In this document: in pieces, positions 52,541 to 58,095 of the stretch
How positions within the stretch are numbered: the first letter of the stretch is position 1
Layout: each line of letters begins with the position of its first letter
NCBI GenBank assembly: GCA_001938485.1
Contig: MQRK01239657.1
Location: forward strand, 1 to 58,095
Direction: 5' to 3'
Origin: Girardia tigrina
Lineage: Eukaryota
Length of the DNA: 58,095 bases
The notes under the pieces: generated by a model
Database searches by the model: none
Told to the model about the DNA's origin: nothing
What the model saw: the letters and a program-made list of their open reading frames with translations, nothing else
Position numbers and translations under genes: made by a program

Positions 52541-52759
52541 GGCGGATCGCATTTGATATCTGAATTGGATATATTCCCTTTAACTCATCCGTCCGTCAAT
52601 AAAGATCTAATGTTTACTATGAACATTTACGGCGAAGAATCTGCACATATTCGAATGGTAGTTGTTTGGCCTTTCGGAACAACTGATAAATTGAGGTTGT
52701 ACAAACGGGGACCAACTGACAGCATCTATGAAGCTCGGTTTCGTTCATTAAATCCACAT
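52541..52759 (+). CDS. USP31/43: USP31/43-like, exon 5
   Basis: TTTTAG acceptor and GTAAAG donor, 219 nt, phase 0/0. PLTHPSVNKDL...SAHIRMVVVW matches the USP31/43 signature PLxHPxVxxAL...AHVKLVVEW. Confidence 0.88.
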
Positions 52760-53729
52760 GTAAAGTTTTTATTTTATTTTTTATTAAGATTTTAATTTAA
52801 GATTTTTTAATCAATTTTTATTACCTAAAAAAATAACACAGGGGAACATCATTTCTTGTGTCTGTTCGATTGTTATATTTTCGTGAACTAGACTATGAAG
52901 GAATGATATGAATGAATGGTATCAAGGCCTTTAGAATGATGACTGACTACTGCTGGTGTCTAAAACGACATGGTAATTCTGCTCACAACAGATAAGCTAG
53001 TAAAAGACACTCACAGTATAAAGGACTAATAAAACATAATGACCTCTGTATTTTTTATAGGTTATATATTATAATATATTTAAAGTTCTTCTCCACAGTT
53101 TGGAATTTTGTAAATGGAAATTAAATTAGGACTGATGGGGTGTATGTAAGAACAAGAATTACGTGTGGGACATAAACGACTTTTTCCTAGAAAAGTAAAT
53201 TCAAAAGTTTTTACAAACTGCACGCGATAGAGAAACACAGATTTAATATTCGTGATCAGCTTAAAAAAGTACACCAAAATCACGTAATGAAATAAAAACA
53301 CTCGAAAAAAAGTTTTCAAATGTTCCACAAGGTAATCTGTCATCTACATTCTTTGAAAGTTATGTTAACAACCTCATAGCCTTATTGTATGATAGTCACT
53401 ATTTGGTACGACATTGTTGTGTTATAATAATATTGAATTAATTTTCTTCATTATATGTAACATAGGGAACTATAGAGAATTTTTAAATCATCATTATTTT
53501 AATATTTTTCTGTTTTTTACCTTAATCTTTCAGTACTGATAAAAACGTACCTAAAGACCACATTTGCACTTTAAGATTATCAATCTTTACACTCTTCTTA
53601 GGAATCACTATTTGTCTTTTTCATACACGAAAAAGATTGCATTGAAATTTGTAAATTTTAATGTAGTTTATCTTTGAAGTAATAAAATATTTATATTATG
53701 AATCATAATTATATGATATAATTATTATA

Positions 53730-54301
53730 CAGTGGTGGCCATAATTGATCAGCTACCCCTAAAAATACTGAGATTTTTGAATAACTGATATTGTAACGAA
53801 GTATTAAGGATATATTCATTACATACAAATTATAAGAAGAATACAGACATGGATGCACAGTTCATCTTTTATTTTGTTAGTTAAAAGTGTTTTTCTTAGT
53901 TTTTTTCTCTATTCTTTAACTTCAAAATTTCAAAATAAAATAAATAATATCTTGAATCTGTTGATTTTATGGAAATTTTATTCTGTTTTCCAATTGAAAA
54001 TCAATGGTTCTTTGAATAAGTAAGCGCGGCTAATATTGAATCGCAAGACTCCAGTGTCGTGTAAAGCGACAATTTGTGCCCTCACAGTGGGTAAAAGTTG
54101 GCTGCCAATCATGTCGGAATAGTCACAAATACTTGACACAAATACTTTTAGATATCATAATAGGAAAGTGGGTATACTACTAAAACTGTATTCTTATTAG
54201 ATGTTGGTTAAGAACATTATTTACATGCACTTACACATACGCATATAGATATTAATTTTCTTTAAAATACAAGGGTGACAGTTGAATTTTGGCCACGACT
54301 G
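53730..54301 (-). mobile_element. Internally deleted Tc1-like element
   Basis: TA-flanked TIRs CAGTGGTGGCCATAATT / AATTTTGGCCACGACTG. Minus-strand N-terminus MIGSQLLPTVRAQIVALHDTG. Confidence 0.8.
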
Positions 54302-54361
54302 TATATAAATTATTTAATATGGTTTCTGAGATAACTTGTTGAAATTGTATTTAAATTCTAG

Positions 54362-54481
54362 AAAATTTTCGATCATTCTAGTGTTAGAGAATTATCATCA
54401 AAATTTACTAAAGAAAACTCTGATCATGAGTTGAATCGAAAGAAGTCCGTGAATAATATCAATGTTACTGATTGCTTAAGA
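54362..54481 (+). CDS. USP31/43: USP31/43-like, exon 6
   Basis: CTAG acceptor and GTACGA donor, 120 nt. KIFDHSSVRE...INVTDCLR. Confidence 0.88.
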
Positions 54482-54530
54482 GTACGATTTGAAGATTATT
54501 TTCTAATAAAATGTAACCCAACATTTGTAG

Positions 54531-54906
54531 GACTTCTTCAGCCTTGATACGCTTTCAATCACTGAATCGTGGAAGTGTCCGAATTGTCAAACATCACAAC
54601 CTGCTCGAACTGAAATTCATATTGAAGAAGCCCCAGAAACACTTATTTTAATGCTTAAACGATTCAGTAAAAAGCAAACAAAAGCATTTGATGATTTATC
54701 TGATAATAAATATCAAAACCAAGCAGACCAAACCCGCAGACATTTGTCACGCAATACAACTATTTCAGAAGGATATAAGGCTAAAAACGGTCTTGTTACC
54801 AAACCGAATACCAGCAGATCAAAAGAGAGTTTAAATAAACTCGAAGGACTCGTAAATTATCCTTTGAAAGATCTGGATCTGCGACCTTATATGGTGAATG
54901 CCGAAA
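54531..54906 (+). CDS. USP31/43: USP31/43-like, exon 7 (second CxxC, LKRF, VNYP); gene continues beyond the window
   Basis: Follows a 49-nt intron. DFFSLDTLSITESWKCPNCQ...APETLILMLKRF...KLEGLVNYPLKDLDLRPYM. GTAAAT donor at 54907 (alternative at 54894). No His-box exon was found before 58095. Confidence 0.9.
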
Positions 54907-55580
54907 GTAAATCATATCTTAAATTACACCGATTTAATATTTTTTTTCTGGAAATCTATTTTATTTTTGTAAAAGTCAAAAAATATTTTCCTAAAAGTAC
55001 ATATGCTGATAAATAATTTTTGTAATATTTTCCTTCTGTTTGCAGAAAAATAATTATATTTTTCAAGAAAATTATCAAACATCAACTAATGATTCTATCA
55101 AAATTTAATCAGCAATATTGAATGATATCTTGAGTTATGTTTTTGTTGAGATTATTATTTTTATTTTCTATTATTCAATTTGATTTTAAAAAAAATCTTT
55201 TATATAAAAATTAATTGTTTATTTCCACTCATTTTTAACAAATAGTTTCTTAAAAAATCCATTTGAAAAACTAAAGTGAAATGAAGAATTTTCGTCTTTT
55301 AATCGTAATGAAACTCTTTTGATCATAGATATATTATTTATTATTAACAATGAATAGTCATTTTCAAAATAGCCATCATCACACATAATCATTCAAGTGG
55401 ACCTAAAAGCCGGGAGAATCGGAAACTGAAAATAAGATTTTTATAATTACTCTCAATAATATTTCAAAAGTATTTTTCGTTCTTAATTTACCGAATTTCC
55501 TTTTATAAGCGCTTCTATCATTATTTTTTTTAATTCATTCATTAAAAAGTTTCTTTCATCATAACACATTCATCAATACT

Positions 55581-56203
55581 TATTATGCCGAATTCGTGAA
55601 TTAGGCAAAAAAAGTCAGTTTGCTAAATAGTGTAATTGCCGAATTTATGAACTAGTCAATTTTTGCCGAATGCTCTAACTAGGAAAATTTTTAATTTAAA
55701 ATGAAAATTTCTCAATTTAAAATGAAAGATTATGTATTAATAAGAAAAAATATCAATTTAATATGGAAAATATGTATTTAATTTGAAAACATTTATTTAA
55801 TAAGAAAAATATAAATTTATTATTTAAAAAACGATTTAATATGAAAAATATCGATTTATTATGAAATAAATCTTAATTTTGTTATGCAAAATAGATTCCA
55901 AATGTAATTTTTTTCATCGTTATTTAAACTGGTGACAAGCTGAATTGCAAACGTTTGTATTTTAAAAGCATTTTTATAATATTAAATTGATATTTTTTTC
56001 GTATTACATACATAATATTCTTATTATATCGATATTTTTTCATATGAAATTAATATTTTAAATTGAGATATTAAATTGATATTTTTTTGTATTAAATTGA
56101 TTTTTTTCATATTAAATGTTATTATTAATTTCACAATTGAATTAAAATTAAAAAAAAAATACCGAGTTCGTGAATTCGACAATCACAAAAATTTGGCACA
56201 ACA
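55581..56203. mobile_element. Foldback-like element, copy C
   Basis: Same termini (TATTATGCCGAATTCGTGAA...TTTGGCACAACA), repeat unit and core as copy A, in the opposite orientation. Confidence 0.8.
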
Positions 56204-57350
56204 TCTATATCTACATCTTGATTTTTAGGCAAATCTCCGTTCTTTGGAAAGGGTTTGATTTAAAAAAGTTAACCTCATACAAATTAAATATAGTAATTCC
56301 ACACACGGAAAATGACTTTATAATCACTTCTTTGGTACTTGACAACATGCCATTCAATTATTTATTATTTCAAAGGTGCCCTTAACTTTCCTGATTCTGT
56401 CAATTTTTTGAGAATTTAATTCACTTCTCTTCTCTTCAAACAGTTCTCGATATTTCTGTTCAAATGATCCATGCCATGAAACTGTAAATACTTCGTTCAT
56501 GAACCAGGAATTCATACCATATTAGCAGATTTTAACATTCCTTTTATATCAACCGTCAAATGGAAAACGAAAAGCATCCTAAACGATAAAATTTTCCAAA
56601 ATGAGGAAATCTCGGTAATTGTAGACTCTGGTGCCAGTCATCAATGCTACATAAGTATCGGTAACCTTTTTGGATTTTTCTTTTCCTTTAAAAACAAATA
56701 AGGGATTTAATTTCTTTCCATATGCTATTGCAGATAAGCAAACAATAATGTGATTTTTTAATGGCTCGTTGAAAAAATTGGAACCGATTTTACGTCTTTT
56801 ATGCCAATATATATACTTCTTGGGTGTAATTATCCCAAATTGTCGTGTCAATTTAAATTTAATCTGCTTCTTAATTCTTCACAATATTAAATAAAGCTTT
56901 TGATTTTATCTGATGCATCTACTGGAAATAATTGACATGAAGTAGTTTTTCTTCGATTGACTAGATCATTCAGGCTATGAACGTTATCAATCCATCCACA
57001 ACTTGCCTTTAATGTTGGATCATTAGATATAGACATAGATTTTTGTGCAACAGATACACGTGTTACTCTAATAAATTTTTTTCCTTTATCGAAAATCCAC
57101 TTCAAAAAATCTTTCCAAAATTGCATTCAACAATTTTCAACCATCCTCAAGTAAACGTTTTCGTTATAAAATGTTACTTGTATTAACGGAAGATTCATTT
57201 GAAGAAAAATTACCATCATCAAACTGTTATTTCCATTCCATAATTCTAATTTCAGGAACATTCAATTGTTTCCAAACTGGTCTATTCCCGATGCAACTAG
57301 ACAATTTAGCAGCTTTAACGTTGAAGTCTTGACTACACTTCTTTCATCAA
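56204..57350 (-). mobile_element. Degenerate pogo-like transposase (CENP-B HTH plus DDE_1)
   Basis: LKASCGWIDN...LVNRRKTT (HTH) and IVCLSAIAYGKKLNPLFVFKGK, NSWFMNE (DDE_1). A probable far TIR lies near 55491, beyond the nested foldback. Confidence 0.8.
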
Positions 57351-57389
57351 GGGGTTTTACAAAATTTAATTGAATTAATAATTATTATT

Positions 57390-57751
57390 AAAACTTCGTT
57401 TTTAAAACATCGTTTTTGATTAATATGTTTTTTGTTTTAATATTCAAAACTGATTTAATTAAAAATAATATTAACTTTTAATTTCTCAAAATTTTATTGG
57501 ATAAAAATGCATTAGATAAATTTAAAATAAACATTAGTTTTTAAATTATATTACATTTATAAGTTAAAATCGTTTTACTAAAAATTATTATTAAAATTAA
57601 AAAAATACTTTAATTAGTTAGTATTTAAACATTAATCTCATTAGATTTAAATAATTAATCAATAACATATCAATTCCATCTGAGTAGGAGAGTCACAAAT
57701 CTAAACAGCATACAAACAACAAACCTATAACATTCAGAATTTTCCCTCACA
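57390..57751 (-). mobile_element. LTR-like dispersed element, copy 8 (left end uncertain)
   Basis: About 270 bp closely similar to copy 1, ending TTTCCCTCACA. TSD not found. Confidence 0.75.
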
Positions 57752-57779
57752 CATATAGTTTATGTATTTTAACTTATAA

Positions 57780-58068
57780 AAGTTGTTACATGTTTTTAAA
57801 ACTTAATTTACTATCTATTTAATTTAATTTTCTAAAATTCATTTTATTAAAATATTTTAAATTTACTTTCAGTTTTTAACATTTAATCATTATTACAATA
57901 ATCAAATTTTTATGGGTTATTAATTCCTTTTTAACCTTTATTAATACAAATCTTATCAAGTATCGTTAGTAAAATAAAATACCAATTTTCCAACTGGGTA
58001 GGCAAATCACAATTCCAAATTTAATACAACAATATCATAATCATTCATTTTTTAAAGTATTCATCACA
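57780..58068 (-). mobile_element. LTR-like dispersed element, copy 9 (divergent, left end uncertain)
   Basis: CCAACTGGGTAGGCAAATCACAATTCC version of the family motif at the usual distance from the TCATCACA terminus. Confidence 0.6.
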
Positions 58069-58095
58069 AAAACACACAGAAATGTAAGAGGAATT

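Overview
AT-rich metazoan draft scaffold with four N gaps plus one N at about 28251. A triclad flatworm is a plausible source, but that is inference only. Two spliced protein-coding genes lie on the + strand. The first is the 3' end of a fibrillar collagen (end of the Gly-X-Y helix, furin site, COLFI C-propeptide; five exons, 2-7587). The second is a USP31/USP43-like deubiquitinase (seven exons from 12356 to 54906, introns up to about 15.7 kb) whose His-box exon(s) lie beyond the window. Introns and intergenic DNA are filled with decayed transposons: mariner, maT, Tc1/IS630, pogo, hAT MITEs, foldback-like elements, Penelope and Gypsy. Three observations stand out. (1) A roughly 1 kb highly structured + strand region between the genes (about 9959-10945) carries RNase MRP/P-like CR-I, CR-IV and CR-V motifs in the correct order and a P4 helix with a bulged U, so it is a candidate greatly expanded RNase MRP-like RNA. 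(2) Nine diverged copies of a 350-490 bp solo-LTR-like family share 5-bp TSDs, mostly TG...TA ends and one strongly conserved internal motif. (3) A two-donor templated insertion (20990-21801) has a stuttered junction resembling a polymerase-theta/MMBIR repair scar. All coordinates and alignments were read by eye.
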